A stretch of DNA of 64,000 nucleotides from Candidatus Krumholzibacteriota bacterium (GTDB lineage Bacteria; Krumholzibacteriota; Krumholzibacteriia; LZORAL124-64-63). A model generated the notes under the pieces. The model saw only the letters and a program-made list of their open reading frames with translations, had not been told where the DNA came from and ran no database searches. This document shows, in pieces, positions 49,177-61,076 of the stretch. Positions within the stretch are counted from its first letter, which is position 1. Every line of letters begins with the position of its first letter. The DNA lies in the NCBI GenBank assembly GCA_039714075.1, contig JBDLKA010000005.1:1-64000 (forward strand), given 5' to 3'. The position numbers and the translations under genes are program-made.

Positions 49177-50433
49177 TCAGCTCCGCAGGACCTTGATCAG
49201 CGTCGCCCAGGTGGGTGACGCCCCGTACATCAGGATACCCATGCGGAACAGCTTGCCCGCCATGCGGGCGGCCAGCCAGATCGAACCCGCCATCAGGACC
49301 CAGGACAGGCCTATCTGCCACAGCGGCGGGGTTTCCACGCACACCCGCATGAACATGAGCACCGGCGAAAAAAGCGGGACCAGGCTGAGCACGACCGACA
49401 CCGTCGAATCGGGAGACCGCAGCACCATGCTGAGCATCACCATGGGCAGAACCAGCCCCATCAGCAGCGGCGTATGGAACTGCTGGCTGTCCTGGACGGT
49501 GTTGCACATGGCGCCGATGCCCGCGTACAAGGTGGCGTAAAGAAAAAACCCGAGCAGGAAAAAGGCGATGAAGTTGACCAGGATCACCGGCGTCAGGAAG
49601 GCCGTGTCGAGACTGATGTCGCCGACCGACACGCCTTGCTGGCTGAGGATCAGCAACGTGCCCGACCAGATGGCGAACTGGGTCAGCCCGGCCAGGCCGA
49701 TGCCCATGACCTTGCCCAGCATCAGGTCCCCCGGCGAAATGCTGGCCAGCAGGACCTCCACCATGCGGCTGCTCTTTTCCTCGATCACGGCGGTCAGGGT
49801 GTGGCTGCCGTACATGATCACCATCATGTAGATGATCATGATCAGGACGATGGCCATGATGAAGCTCACGTCCTCGTCCTGCTCCTGCTCCCCGCCTTCG
49901 GCGGTCAGGGCGATGTTCGACCAGACCGTCCGCGCGGCCAGATAGGAGAACAGGGTGTCCGGCACCTGGGCCGCGGCGAACCGGTGCTCGCGCAGGACCC
50001 GGTTCAGGGCCGGGCGCAGGACCTCGTCCCGCATGACCAGGGCGCTGACGGATTTGTTGTAGAAGGTGGCCATCCCGGAATCGAGAAAGTCCGGCGAGAC
50101 CACGATCCCGCTGTGGATCGACGCGTCCAGGATGGACTCCTTCATGAGGGCCAGGGCCTCGTCGGTCGAGCCGGCGGGCGATTCGATCAGTTGCAGATTC
50201 ACGTTGTCGTCGCCGCGGTCGGCCAGCACCTCGGTCAGCTGATCGAAGTACAGGCCCGAAGGATCGATCACGCCGACGGTGCGGGTGTCCTCGACACCCT
50301 TCTCCGCCAGCAGGACCGGCATCACGATGAACATCGACATCAGGGCCGGTCCGATCAGGGTGCCGATGAGGAAACTCTTGGAGCGAACCCTTTCCAGGTA
50401 TTCCTTGCGGATGACTGTCAGGATCTTCTTCAC
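49177..50433 (-). CDS. ABC-2 type transporter permease (NatB/YhaP-like)
   Basis: REYLERVRSK-like start, EEKSSRMVEVLL, GKVMG and 6 TMs. Confidence 0.92.
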   Translation of the reverse strand: MKKILTVIRKEYLERVRSKSFLIGTLIGPALMSMFIVMPVLLAEKGVEDTRTVGVIDPSGLYFDQLTEVLADRGDDNVNLQLIESPAGSTDEALALMKESILDASIHSGIVVSPDFLDSGMATFYNKSVSALVMRDEVLRPALNRVLREHRFAAAQVPDTLFSYLAARTVWSNIALTAEGGEQEQDEDVSFIMAIVLIMIIYMMVIMYGSHTLTAVIEEKSSRMVEVLLASISPGDLMLGKVMGIGLAGLTQFAIWSGTLLILSQQGVSVGDISLDTAFLTPVILVNFIAFFLLGFFLYATLYAGIGAMCNTVQDSQQFHTPLLMGLVLPMVMLSMVLRSPDSTVSVVLSLVPLFSPVLMFMRVCVETPPLWQIGLSWVLMAGSIWLAARMAGKLFRMGILMYGASPTWATLIKVLRS

Positions 50434-51380
50434 GACGGCACCCCCCTGCGGTGGCGGGCCACGGCTTCGAGAAAGATCTCGCTCAGGGAAGGCCGGTTCG
50501 CCGAAAACAGGGTCAACGGCCCGAACACCATCAGGTCCGGCAAAAGTTCACGCGGGTTGACCCCCTCGGCGAGTGTCAACCGCCAGCTGCTGTCGGATTT
50601 TTCCCGGTGCAGGACACCGGGCAGGTCGGCCGGCGGCTCGGGATTTCCCTCCCAGGCCACCCGCACCGACTGGAGGGGAAAATCGGCCCGCACCTTCTCG
50701 AGCGGCCCGTCGAGAATGATCTCCCCCCCTTCGATCAGACAGATGGCGTCGCAGATCTTCTCGGCCTCGGCCAACATGTGGGTCGAAAAAATGATGGTGG
50801 TGCCCTTGGCTTTTTCCTCCAGGATCATGTCCCGCAGCAACTCGATGTTCAGGGGATCCAGCCCGCTGAAAACCTCGTCGAGTATGACCATTTCCGGTTC
50901 CGAAATGAAGGTGGCCGCGAACTGGATTTTCTGCTGCATGCCCTTGCTGAGCGAATCGACTTTGCGGTCCCGCCATTCGGCCAGCCCCAGGCGGGTCAGC
51001 CACCGGTCGGACCTCTGTTTCGCCTCGGCACGGGGAACCCCCTTCAACTCCGCCAGGTAGGTCAGCTGGTCCAGGCATTTCATTTTCCGGTAGAGACCCC
51101 TTTCTTCCGGCAGATAGCCGATGCTGTCCCTGGTGGCCCCGGTCAGGGGACGGCCGGCCAGGCGAATGCTGCCGCCGTCGGCCATGATGATTTTCATGAT
51201 GATGCGGATGGTGGTCGTCTTGCCCGCTCCGTTGGGTCCCAGGAAGCCGTAGATGCTGCCCCGGGGAATCTCCAGGTTCACGTCCCTGGCGGCCCGGACG
51301 CTCCCGTAGGATTTGGAAACGGATTCAAGGGTGAGGATCGTTTCCCCCACCGGCGGAAGATCAAGGGTCGGTCGCGTCAT
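50430..51380 (-). CDS. ABC transporter ATP-binding protein
   Basis: GPNGAGKTT, LSKGMQQK, ILDEVFSGLD, STH; AGGAG RBS before the ATG at 51380. Confidence 0.95.
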   Translation of the reverse strand: MTRPTLDLPPVGETILTLESVSKSYGSVRAARDVNLEIPRGSIYGFLGPNGAGKTTTIRIIMKIIMADGGSIRLAGRPLTGATRDSIGYLPEERGLYRKMKCLDQLTYLAELKGVPRAEAKQRSDRWLTRLGLAEWRDRKVDSLSKGMQQKIQFAATFISEPEMVILDEVFSGLDPLNIELLRDMILEEKAKGTTIIFSTHMLAEAEKICDAICLIEGGEIILDGPLEKVRADFPLQSVRVAWEGNPEPPADLPGVLHREKSDSSWRLTLAEGVNPRELLPDLMVFGPLTLFSANRPSLSEIFLEAVARHRRGVPS

Positions 51381-51693
51381 GCGCTCTCCTGTCTGGTAAC
51401 CGAATTTTTCGCTCCTTGAATTATCACCCTGCGGACGGATGCTGGCAACCGCCGATGGCAGGGAAAATCCCCTCCGGCCCGACTCTCCGCAGTCTGGTCC
51501 TGATGAAATTCTGGACTCCAATTAATCACATAAGTATCACAAATTTATGGCGATTTCGGGACAATTCTCCCCCGGGGACAGGGGCCTGAACTGAAACCAG
51601 TTATTCAACAAAAGGGTTTACCTCTCCTTGCCAACGCTGTATCATTCTATTATATGATTAGTTACCTGCCCATTGGAGGGATGAAATAATCTA

Positions 51694-52446
51694 ATGCAAG
51701 GACCGGGAAATATGGGCCCCACCACGGGAGCCATTCGGAGAATCCTCGTCATCGAAGACGAGCGTGAACTCATCGATCTGCTGACACTCCATCTGACGGC
51801 AGAGGGCTACAAGGTGGATGCCGCGGCCGACGGCGAGGCCGGCCTGCGCGCCTTTCAGGCCGGGCAATACGGAATGGTCCTGCTGGACTGGATGCTGCCC
51901 TCCATGAGCGGCATCGACGTTCTGCGCGAGATCCGCTCCATGGACACCCGCACCCCCGTGGTGATGCTCACCGGGCGGGTCCAGGAATCCGACAAGGTCC
52001 TCGGTCTGGAACTCGGCTGCGACGACTACCTGGCCAAGCCCTTCAGCATCCGGGAACTGACCGCCCGGATCAAGGCCCTGTACCGGCGCATCGAAAGGGC
52101 CGAGGAACTGGGCCGGATCACCTCCGGCGACCGCATCCTTGATCTGGGCCCCCTGAAAATCGATCACGGGAAACGCAGGGTTCAGGTCAACGGGGAACCG
52201 GTGCAGCTGACCGTCAAGGAATACGACCTTTTGCACACCCTGGCGGCGCGGCCGGGACACACGTTCAGCCGCCGCCAATTGCTGGATCTTGTCTGGGAAG
52301 AGGAAACCGAGGTTTTCGAACACACGGTCAACAGCCACGTGAACCGCCTGCGCAGCAAGATCGAGGACAATCCCAACCGGCCGCGCCTGATCCTCACCGT
52401 CTGGGGCATCGGCTACCGTTTCACCGAGGAATTCTCGAGAATCTGA
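51694..52446 (+). CDS. Orphan OmpR-family response regulator
   Basis: IEDE, LLDWMLP, DDYLAKPF, TVNSHVNRLR, VWGIGYRF; no adjacent kinase. The start may be 51712. Confidence 0.93.
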   Translation: MQGPGNMGPTTGAIRRILVIEDERELIDLLTLHLTAEGYKVDAAADGEAGLRAFQAGQYGMVLLDWMLPSMSGIDVLREIRSMDTRTPVVMLTGRVQESDKVLGLELGCDDYLAKPFSIRELTARIKALYRRIERAEELGRITSGDRILDLGPLKIDHGKRRVQVNGEPVQLTVKEYDLLHTLAARPGHTFSRRQLLDLVWEEETEVFEHTVNSHVNRLRSKIEDNPNRPRLILTVWGIGYRFTEEFSRI

Positions 52447-52462
52447 CCCACGTGCGCCGGGA

Positions 52463-54235
52463 TCAGGTCCGGCGCAGTTCCCGGGCCACCACCACACCCC
52501 CGACCACCGCCAGGACAAACAGGGGCGCCGCCGCGGACGGCTCTCCCAGGACCAGTTTGCCCAGGCCGAACAGGAAACCGTAGACACCGGCGCTGCCGGC
52601 GGCCCACACGCCGAGGCGCGACCAGCGAAAGCCGTCGCACCGGACTTCTGGATTCGCCCGGGCCACCGGGCCCCACCATCCGCCCGGACGGACCTGGCGA
52701 TAGAAGGAAGCCAGCCGGTCCTCGTCCACCGGCCGGGTCAGGAAGGTCGTCACCAGCCAGACGGCGATGGAAACCGGCACGAGGATCAACGCCTTGTGGT
52801 GGGTCTGCAGGGCCATCTCGCCCAACCTGACGGGCGTGGCGAACAGGGCGTATTCGCGGCCGGTCTGGACCGCGGCGACCACTTCGAAACCCACGGCGAG
52901 AAAAACCGATGTGGCCAGGGCGGCAATTTCGCTCCAGGCGCTGATACGCCACCAGAACCAGCGTAGAACCAGCACCGGCCCGATACCCGCCCCCATGGCC
53001 CAGACGAACAGCCAGGCGCGGCCGATGCTGGTCAACCAGAAGGCCACCAGCACGGCAAAGACCATCATCAGGAACACGCACAGTTTGGCCGCCAGGACCG
53101 ATTCCTTTTCCGAGGCGTCCGGCCGCACGAACCGCCGGTAGATGTCGTTGACCAGGTAGCTGGCCCCCCAGTTCAAATGGGTGTCGATGGTCGACATGAA
53201 CGCCGCGAAAAACGACACCAGCAGCAGGCCCAGCAGGCCCGGGCCCAGGACCTCGAGCATCACCAGCGGGTAGGCCGCCTCTTCGCCATGGCCCTCCGGC
53301 ATGACCGGGAACAGGACCAGGGAAACCAGGCCGGTCACGATCCAGGGCCAGTAGCGGACCGCGTTGTTGGCCACCACGAACCACAGGGTTGCGCCCCGCG
53401 CGTGCCGTTCGTCCTTGGCGGCGGCCATGCGCTGGATCAGGTAGCCGCCGCCGTCGGCGTTGTGGCTGGCCCACCACATCAGGGTCACGAAGACCAGGAA
53501 CTTGAAGAAATCCGCTTCGAGGCCCATCCCCCCGCCGGGGATGAAGGCCAGGGTGTTGTCGCTGAACAGGGGGGATTCGGTGAGCCTGGCCTTCAACTGG
53601 GCCATGCCTCCCACATGGCGCGTCGCCATCACCGCCACCGAGATGGACCCCACCATGGCCAGCCCGAACTGGATGACATCGGTGACCACGACGCCCCAGA
53701 ATCCGGCCAGCAGGGCGTAGCTGAGGGCCAGCGCGCCCCCGCCGATGACCGCCACCATCGGGTCGATTCCCAGCACCGCCTCGGCCACCGTGCCCATGCC
53801 CTTCAGCACCCACCCGAGGACGATGAAGTTGTAGAGGAGGGCGAAATATCCCGCCTTGAACCCCCGCAGGAAGGCCGCCGGCCGGCCGGAGTATCTCTTT
53901 TCGATCAGTTCGTTGTCGGTCAGGACCTCGGCCCGCCGCCAGAACCGTGAGAACAGGAACACGGCCAGCATCTGGCTCATGACGTAGTGCCAGCCGAACC
54001 AGTTGTACCAGATGCCGTGATCGCGAATGAAACCCGTTACCGCCAGCGGCGTATCGGCGGCGAAAGTGGTGGCCACCATGCTCGTCCCCAGAACCCACCA
54101 GGGCAGGGAGCGTCCCGACAGGAAGTACTGTTCGGTGGACGAGGAGGCCCGCTTGCGGAAGGCCAGCCCCAGGGCCAGGGTCAGGGCCACGTAGACGGCG
54201 ATGACGATCCAGTCGAGGGCGTGCAGGTGGGTCAT
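52463..54235 (-). CDS. Sodium:solute symporter (SSS) family protein
   Basis: YFLSGRSLPWW, SMVATTFAADT, GVVVTDVIQ, AAFMSTID. Confidence 0.93.
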   Translation of the reverse strand: MTHLHALDWIVIAVYVALTLALGLAFRKRASSSTEQYFLSGRSLPWWVLGTSMVATTFAADTPLAVTGFIRDHGIWYNWFGWHYVMSQMLAVFLFSRFWRRAEVLTDNELIEKRYSGRPAAFLRGFKAGYFALLYNFIVLGWVLKGMGTVAEAVLGIDPMVAVIGGGALALSYALLAGFWGVVVTDVIQFGLAMVGSISVAVMATRHVGGMAQLKARLTESPLFSDNTLAFIPGGGMGLEADFFKFLVFVTLMWWASHNADGGGYLIQRMAAAKDERHARGATLWFVVANNAVRYWPWIVTGLVSLVLFPVMPEGHGEEAAYPLVMLEVLGPGLLGLLLVSFFAAFMSTIDTHLNWGASYLVNDIYRRFVRPDASEKESVLAAKLCVFLMMVFAVLVAFWLTSIGRAWLFVWAMGAGIGPVLVLRWFWWRISAWSEIAALATSVFLAVGFEVVAAVQTGREYALFATPVRLGEMALQTHHKALILVPVSIAVWLVTTFLTRPVDEDRLASFYRQVRPGGWWGPVARANPEVRCDGFRWSRLGVWAAGSAGVYGFLFGLGKLVLGEPSAAAPLFVLAVVGGVVVARELRRT

Positions 54236-54494
54236 GGAATGGTTCTTCCCGACTAAGATTTCCTTGGTTGCCGATACATCCTGTCCCCGGGAGCCTAGCA
54301 TGACGCCCGATTCGTTGGGAAGTCCGGGTTCACCCACCTCTTTTCCCCGATTACGCCCGGTGAGAAGACCTTGACTATGCGCCCGGACATTACAACGTTA
54401 TCATTCCTGGAAATCACTTGTTCAACGCACCGGCACTGTGCCGCGAGCGGGCCTTTTCGGTCTTCAACCCATTCTTCAAAGACGAGGAATTGAC

Positions 54495-56723
<2,229 letters not shown>

Positions 56724-56742
56724 GGAATTGGTGAACATCCCT

Positions 56743-56775
56743 GGGGCGTCCCCCGTCGGGGGGCGCCCTTTTTTT
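56743..56775 (+). terminator. Rho-independent terminator after icd
   Basis: GC-rich hairpin GGGCGTCCCC...GGGGGCGCCC followed by T7. Confidence 0.8.
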
Positions 56776-56798
56776 CCGCCGGCGGATAAAGGTGGCGA

Positions 56799-56838
56799 TT
56801 TATAAAATTATTACATTATCTTTTCATCACCTTTACAG
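56799..56838 (+). promoter_or_regulatory. Four 11-bp-period direct repeats (Pho-box/OmpR-type array)
   Basis: TTTATAA (56799), ATTACAT (56810), TTTTCAT (56821), TTTACAG (56832). Confidence 0.5.
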
Positions 56839-56929
56839 ATTACAGCTAAATTCCCCCTTGTTTCGAGTCTGTTGGATTCCGGGAGTAATCCCGGAACCGT
56901 CAAATGCCATCAAAAAAGGAGTCGCCACC

Positions 56930-58183
56930 TTGAGAAACAGGATTTTTTCATTCCTCGCCGGAGGACTGCTGCTGCTGTCCGCGGGTTTCGTGACCGACAG
57001 CCGGGCCGAAGATGACGACAAGAGCTTCAAACTGGGCGGCAGCCTCCGCGGACGCTACGAGTGGATGAAATTCCGCAACGACGCCACCGGTTCGGGAGAC
57101 ATCAAGGACACGCGGGGCCGTTTCATCTACCGGTTCCGCCTGGACGGCAAGGCAAAACTCAATCCCAAGGCCGGCGCCTACTTCCGGCTGGTGACCGGCA
57201 ACGACAGCCGCAGCGGCAACACGACTCTCGGCAGCAACGTCGATTTCGCCCCCGACGTCCTCAGCATCCGCCACGCGGCCCTGGTCTACACTCCCTTGGC
57301 CAACGACAAGGGGAAATGGAATTTGGACTTCGGCCGGGTCAAGAACCCCTTCATGTGGAAGGGCGGCGGCAAGGACAAGATGATGTGGGACAGCGACATC
57401 GCCTTCTCCGGGGTGAGCTCGGTCTACGGCCGCAAGATGGGCGACAACCTCAAGTTCTTCGCCAACACCGGCTACTACGTGATCGACGAAAACAAATCCG
57501 GTGACCACGACCCCTTCCTGGCACCCCTGCAGGCGGGTCTCCGGTTCACCGGTGACAACCTCAAGGCCGGCGTCCGGGGCACGTTCTACTACATGGGTGA
57601 ACTGGATGATGAATTCGTCAAGCGGGGGGCCTATGCCAAACCTCGTGAAGACATGACCGACCCTGCGAGTGAGCCCATCGACACGGCGACCTCCTCCGGC
57701 GGCAACATCGAGGACGGCCTGACCGGCGATCCAAACGGAGGCATCATCCGCGTCGTGGAAGCCCAGGCGTACGTCGGGCTCGAACTGGGTTCGTTCCCGG
57801 TGACCGCGTTCGGCGGCTACTCCAACAACACCAGCGCCACCGCCTCGGTGATGTTCGACGGCGTCGGCGCGAACGGGACGGCCTACAACCTGGGTCTTGA
57901 GGCCGGCAGCAAGAAGAAGATCCTGGCCGGCGTGGCGGGGTATCATATCGAAGCCAACGCCTTCCCTTCCCAGTTCATCGACAGCGACATCCTGGACGGT
58001 TACACCAACCGCGAGGGTGTGCTGGTCTACCTGGCCCGCAAGGTCATGAAGAACACCGAGTTCAATCTGCAGTTCTTCGTCTCGGACGCCATCGAATCGT
58101 TCGAGGACCACGAAGACCTGGACCTGTCGGTCGCGAATTCGAAAAGGACGCGCCTGCAGGTCGACATGATCTACAAGTTCTAA
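56930..58183 (+). CDS. Putative outer-membrane porin
   Basis: AAGGAG RBS with TTG start, signal peptide, alternating beta-strands (RGRFIYRFRLDG, GRVKNPF, WDSDIAFSG) and terminal YKF. Confidence 0.82.
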   Translation: MRNRIFSFLAGGLLLLSAGFVTDSRAEDDDKSFKLGGSLRGRYEWMKFRNDATGSGDIKDTRGRFIYRFRLDGKAKLNPKAGAYFRLVTGNDSRSGNTTLGSNVDFAPDVLSIRHAALVYTPLANDKGKWNLDFGRVKNPFMWKGGGKDKMMWDSDIAFSGVSSVYGRKMGDNLKFFANTGYYVIDENKSGDHDPFLAPLQAGLRFTGDNLKAGVRGTFYYMGELDDEFVKRGAYAKPREDMTDPASEPIDTATSSGGNIEDGLTGDPNGGIIRVVEAQAYVGLELGSFPVTAFGGYSNNTSATASVMFDGVGANGTAYNLGLEAGSKKKILAGVAGYHIEANAFPSQFIDSDILDGYTNREGVLVYLARKVMKNTEFNLQFFVSDAIESFEDHEDLDLSVANSKRTRLQVDMIYKF

Positions 58184-58200
58184 CCCCTCGATCGAATCCG

Positions 58201-58241
58201 AAAAAGCCGGCCGCGGTATGGTACCGCGGCCGGCTTACTTT
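58201..58241. terminator. Probably bidirectional terminator between convergent genes
   Basis: AAGCCGGCCGCGGTA-TGG-TACCGCGGCCGGCTT with an A-run on the left and T-rich sequence on the right. Confidence 0.75.
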
Positions 58242-58265
58242 CATCCCCCTACCGGAATTATCGGA

Positions 58266-60920
58266 TCAGCGGATCAACGTCATCTTGTGCCGCAGGTCAC
58301 CGCTGTTGGATTTCAGCACATAGTGATAGACGCCCGAAGCCACGCCGCGGCCCCCGTTGTCCTTCCCGTCCCAGCGCACCTGGTTGTCGCCTTCCGGAGC
58401 CATGCCGTCGACCAGGGTCCGCACCAGGCGGCCGCGCTCGTCGTAGATCCGCAGCGAGACCTTCTGCGCGGACGGCAGGCTGAAGTCGATCCAGGTCTGC
58501 GGGTTGAACGGATTGGGATAATTCTGCGCCAGGGTCGTGATGCGCGGCACCACCGGGTCCGGAGCCCCTGTCAGATCCAGGATGGCCGACTGCTGGGCCA
58601 CGGCGATCGGGGTGCTTTTCCCGTTGTTGTTCCAGGCGTCGTAGACTTCCTGGCCCAGGGTGTTGGTATGGTTGTTGTCGCGCAGGAACTCAACGTATTC
58701 CTTCGAGGTGGTCTGGTAGTAGTAGGCGACATCCACCCGCCGCGCCTCGTTCGGCAGCAGGTACACGGTGTCGTCCCAGTACTGACCGTCGGCATAGGAA
58801 TAATCCACCGGAGGTGACTGCGCCGTCACGAAGGCGGCGTTGGTGAAGCCGCGCGGCGGAATACGGTTGTCCGAATAGACGGTGTCGCTCAGGGGAAAGT
58901 AGAACGACGGACCGGCGGGCATGCCGATGATGGCCGACAGCCTGGTCGAGATGCCCGGCTTGATCTCGTAGATCTTGGCGTCGGCGTCATGGCTGAGCAC
59001 TCCCGTCGCGTCGTCGTAGTTGCCGCTTTCATACACCAGGGCGTCCCCGGCGTCATAGGCCTTGACGTTCAGCCACATGCGCCGCCCCTCGGGATAACCG
59101 GACGGCAGTTTGTGACCGGTCTCGTTGGTCAATCGGACAGTGACTGCGGGCTGGCCTTCCACCGGCGTGACGGTCAGGTCCATGGTCGCGGACAGGGTGA
59201 GCATGGCGATGGCCCGCTGCTTGGCCGCCTGAAGGATGGTGGTGTCCAGCTCCGGGTAGAATATTGGCAGGATATCCGGCAGGAAGGTGTTGCCGCCGGT
59301 CAGATCGTGCAGGCCGAGATCGTTGCGCGTCGGGGAGCCCGGCTCGCTGCAGCCCACGCCCGTGACATCCCGCATGTGGCAGTCCTGGCAGCTGGACACG
59401 ATGCCGTCGGGCTTGTCGCCGGCGAACTGGGGCGCATAGACGCCCGTAGTCGCATACTCGCTGGCCTCCCACTCGCTGAAGGTCCGCTCGACGGGGACCA
59501 TGTTGCGACGGTCGCCGTCGGGATGCGGCGTGTCGAGCGCCTGCACCTCGTACTTGCCGGGCGCGTCGCCAGCCACGAATGCCGGGTTGCTCACGTCGTG
59601 ACACGTTCCGCACATCCTGGAAGAGGTCAGGAATTCGGTGTCCAGGAACTGGTGGCTGGCCTGGGCGTCTGCGTACGGCCCGCGCATGATCGGGTCGGGA
59701 TCGGTGACGAATTGGCCGTTGGCGGGCTCCAGGGCAGGGTTGTCCAGTTCGGCGATGATTTCGGCATCCCGCTCGGGACTCACGCCCTCCACGTAGACCG
59801 GATCGACCATGCGGTGGCAAAAATCGCACTGGATTCCGTGCAGGTCCTTCTCGGTCAACATTCCACCTGAAGTATCGAAAGAACGACCTTCCTGCCAGCC
59901 CCCGGGCGTGTGGCAGCGCAGGCAAAGATCGCCCACCGCGGGCACGACCTCTTCCGCCACGGCCACGGTGGCCATGAACAAGGGGTCACGCTGGGCCTGG
60001 CCCATCATGCTGCCCTGCCAGTTGTGCCAATGCTCCACAGCCGGATCGTATTCACCGTGGCAGGTGATGCATGACGTCGACGGATCGGCCAGGGGGCTGC
60101 CCTCGAAGGGATTGGTGCCGCCCAGGTCGAAGTCCCGCAGGGTCGTGGGCACGATTCCGGTGGTCACCGGCTCGATGGTGAAGGAGGCCGGACTGTCGTC
60201 ATGGGCTTCGTTGCCCGCGTTGTCGTAGGCCTCGACGCGCAGGACGCTGTTGGCGCTCGGTAAGTTGGGGAAGAACATGTCGAAGGTCCCGGTGTTGGGC
60301 AGGCCCCGGGCCATCATCTTGAAGTTCGACCCGCCGTCATCACTCAGGTAGAGCTCGATCTGGGCGATGCCGCCCGCGTCGGAGGCGGTCCAGGAGACAG
60401 TCTGATAGGTAGCCGCGGGAATCAGTTCCCCACCCACGGGCCAGGAGATGGAAACGGTCGGCGGCGTGCTGTCGGTGGGTCCGGACGGCGTCAGGTAATC
60501 CGTCAAATCCGCCGGTGTGACGTTTAGGACGCCGCCCACATTATCGGCCTTCAGGCCGGGAAAGGTCGGTGTGTTGGACCAGTTGATGACGTCGGTGATC
60601 TCCACCAGGTTGCTGAACCCGTCATTGTCGGTGTCCTCGTTTTCAATGTCGATGATGGCGTCGGCGGTACTCATGCCGGCGGCCAGACGTACCTCGAGGG
60701 CCAGACCGTAGGGATTGCGGGCATCGCTGCCGTCGAAGTCGAAATGGCAGACGCCGCAGTGACCCGCGTTGCTGGGGACATCGTCCAGCACGGTGCCCTC
60801 GGCCCCTGGATAGCGGTCGAAGAATGCCCGGCGGAAGGGATTGCGGGCGGAACTCAGGGTGGGAAGGAGCAAGGCGATAAGGACCAGAAGCAAAACGAGC
60901 CGAAACTGGCGAGACAACAT
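58266..60920 (-). CDS. Secreted hexaheme c-type cytochrome with an Ig-like domain and a C-terminal FlgD-Ig/T9SS-type sorting domain
   Basis: Signal peptide; CGVCH, CITCH, CLRCH, CDFCH, CGTCH, CQDCH; Ca-binding-like DTDNDGFSNLVE; C-terminus QNYPNPFNP...IYDERGRLVRTL...WDGKD...SGVY. Confidence 0.88.
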   Translation of the reverse strand: MLSRQFRLVLLLVLIALLLPTLSSARNPFRRAFFDRYPGAEGTVLDDVPSNAGHCGVCHFDFDGSDARNPYGLALEVRLAAGMSTADAIIDIENEDTDNDGFSNLVEITDVINWSNTPTFPGLKADNVGGVLNVTPADLTDYLTPSGPTDSTPPTVSISWPVGGELIPAATYQTVSWTASDAGGIAQIELYLSDDGGSNFKMMARGLPNTGTFDMFFPNLPSANSVLRVEAYDNAGNEAHDDSPASFTIEPVTTGIVPTTLRDFDLGGTNPFEGSPLADPSTSCITCHGEYDPAVEHWHNWQGSMMGQAQRDPLFMATVAVAEEVVPAVGDLCLRCHTPGGWQEGRSFDTSGGMLTEKDLHGIQCDFCHRMVDPVYVEGVSPERDAEIIAELDNPALEPANGQFVTDPDPIMRGPYADAQASHQFLDTEFLTSSRMCGTCHDVSNPAFVAGDAPGKYEVQALDTPHPDGDRRNMVPVERTFSEWEASEYATTGVYAPQFAGDKPDGIVSSCQDCHMRDVTGVGCSEPGSPTRNDLGLHDLTGGNTFLPDILPIFYPELDTTILQAAKQRAIAMLTLSATMDLTVTPVEGQPAVTVRLTNETGHKLPSGYPEGRRMWLNVKAYDAGDALVYESGNYDDATGVLSHDADAKIYEIKPGISTRLSAIIGMPAGPSFYFPLSDTVYSDNRIPPRGFTNAAFVTAQSPPVDYSYADGQYWDDTVYLLPNEARRVDVAYYYQTTSKEYVEFLRDNNHTNTLGQEVYDAWNNNGKSTPIAVAQQSAILDLTGAPDPVVPRITTLAQNYPNPFNPQTWIDFSLPSAQKVSLRIYDERGRLVRTLVDGMAPEGDNQVRWDGKDNGGRGVASGVYHYVLKSNSGDLRHKMTLIR

Positions 60921-61005
60921 GGCGGATCTCCCCTGATCATGGTGGTGGATTCTTCGGACCAAGAATCGGAATGAACCGCAAACTCAGTATCGAAATTTTG
61001 AAAAC

Positions 61006-61034
61006 ATTATGACGGAATCAGTACTGATTAGCAA
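61006..61034 (-). promoter_or_regulatory. Sigma70 promoter for the multiheme cytochrome with a palindromic operator in the spacer
   Basis: TTGCTA-N17-CATAAT with the perfect palindrome AATCAGTACTGATT at 61016-61029. Confidence 0.55.
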
Positions 61035-61076
61035 CCCTAAAAAGCATGTATTTTTGATGAAAACTGATTTTAAGAA

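Noticed and set aside
56930..60920. Porin plus multiheme cytochrome as an MtrAB-type porin-cytochrome conduit
   Set aside because: The genes are convergent, separated by a terminator and have separate promoters. The porin shows no MtrB-like features that I can recognise.
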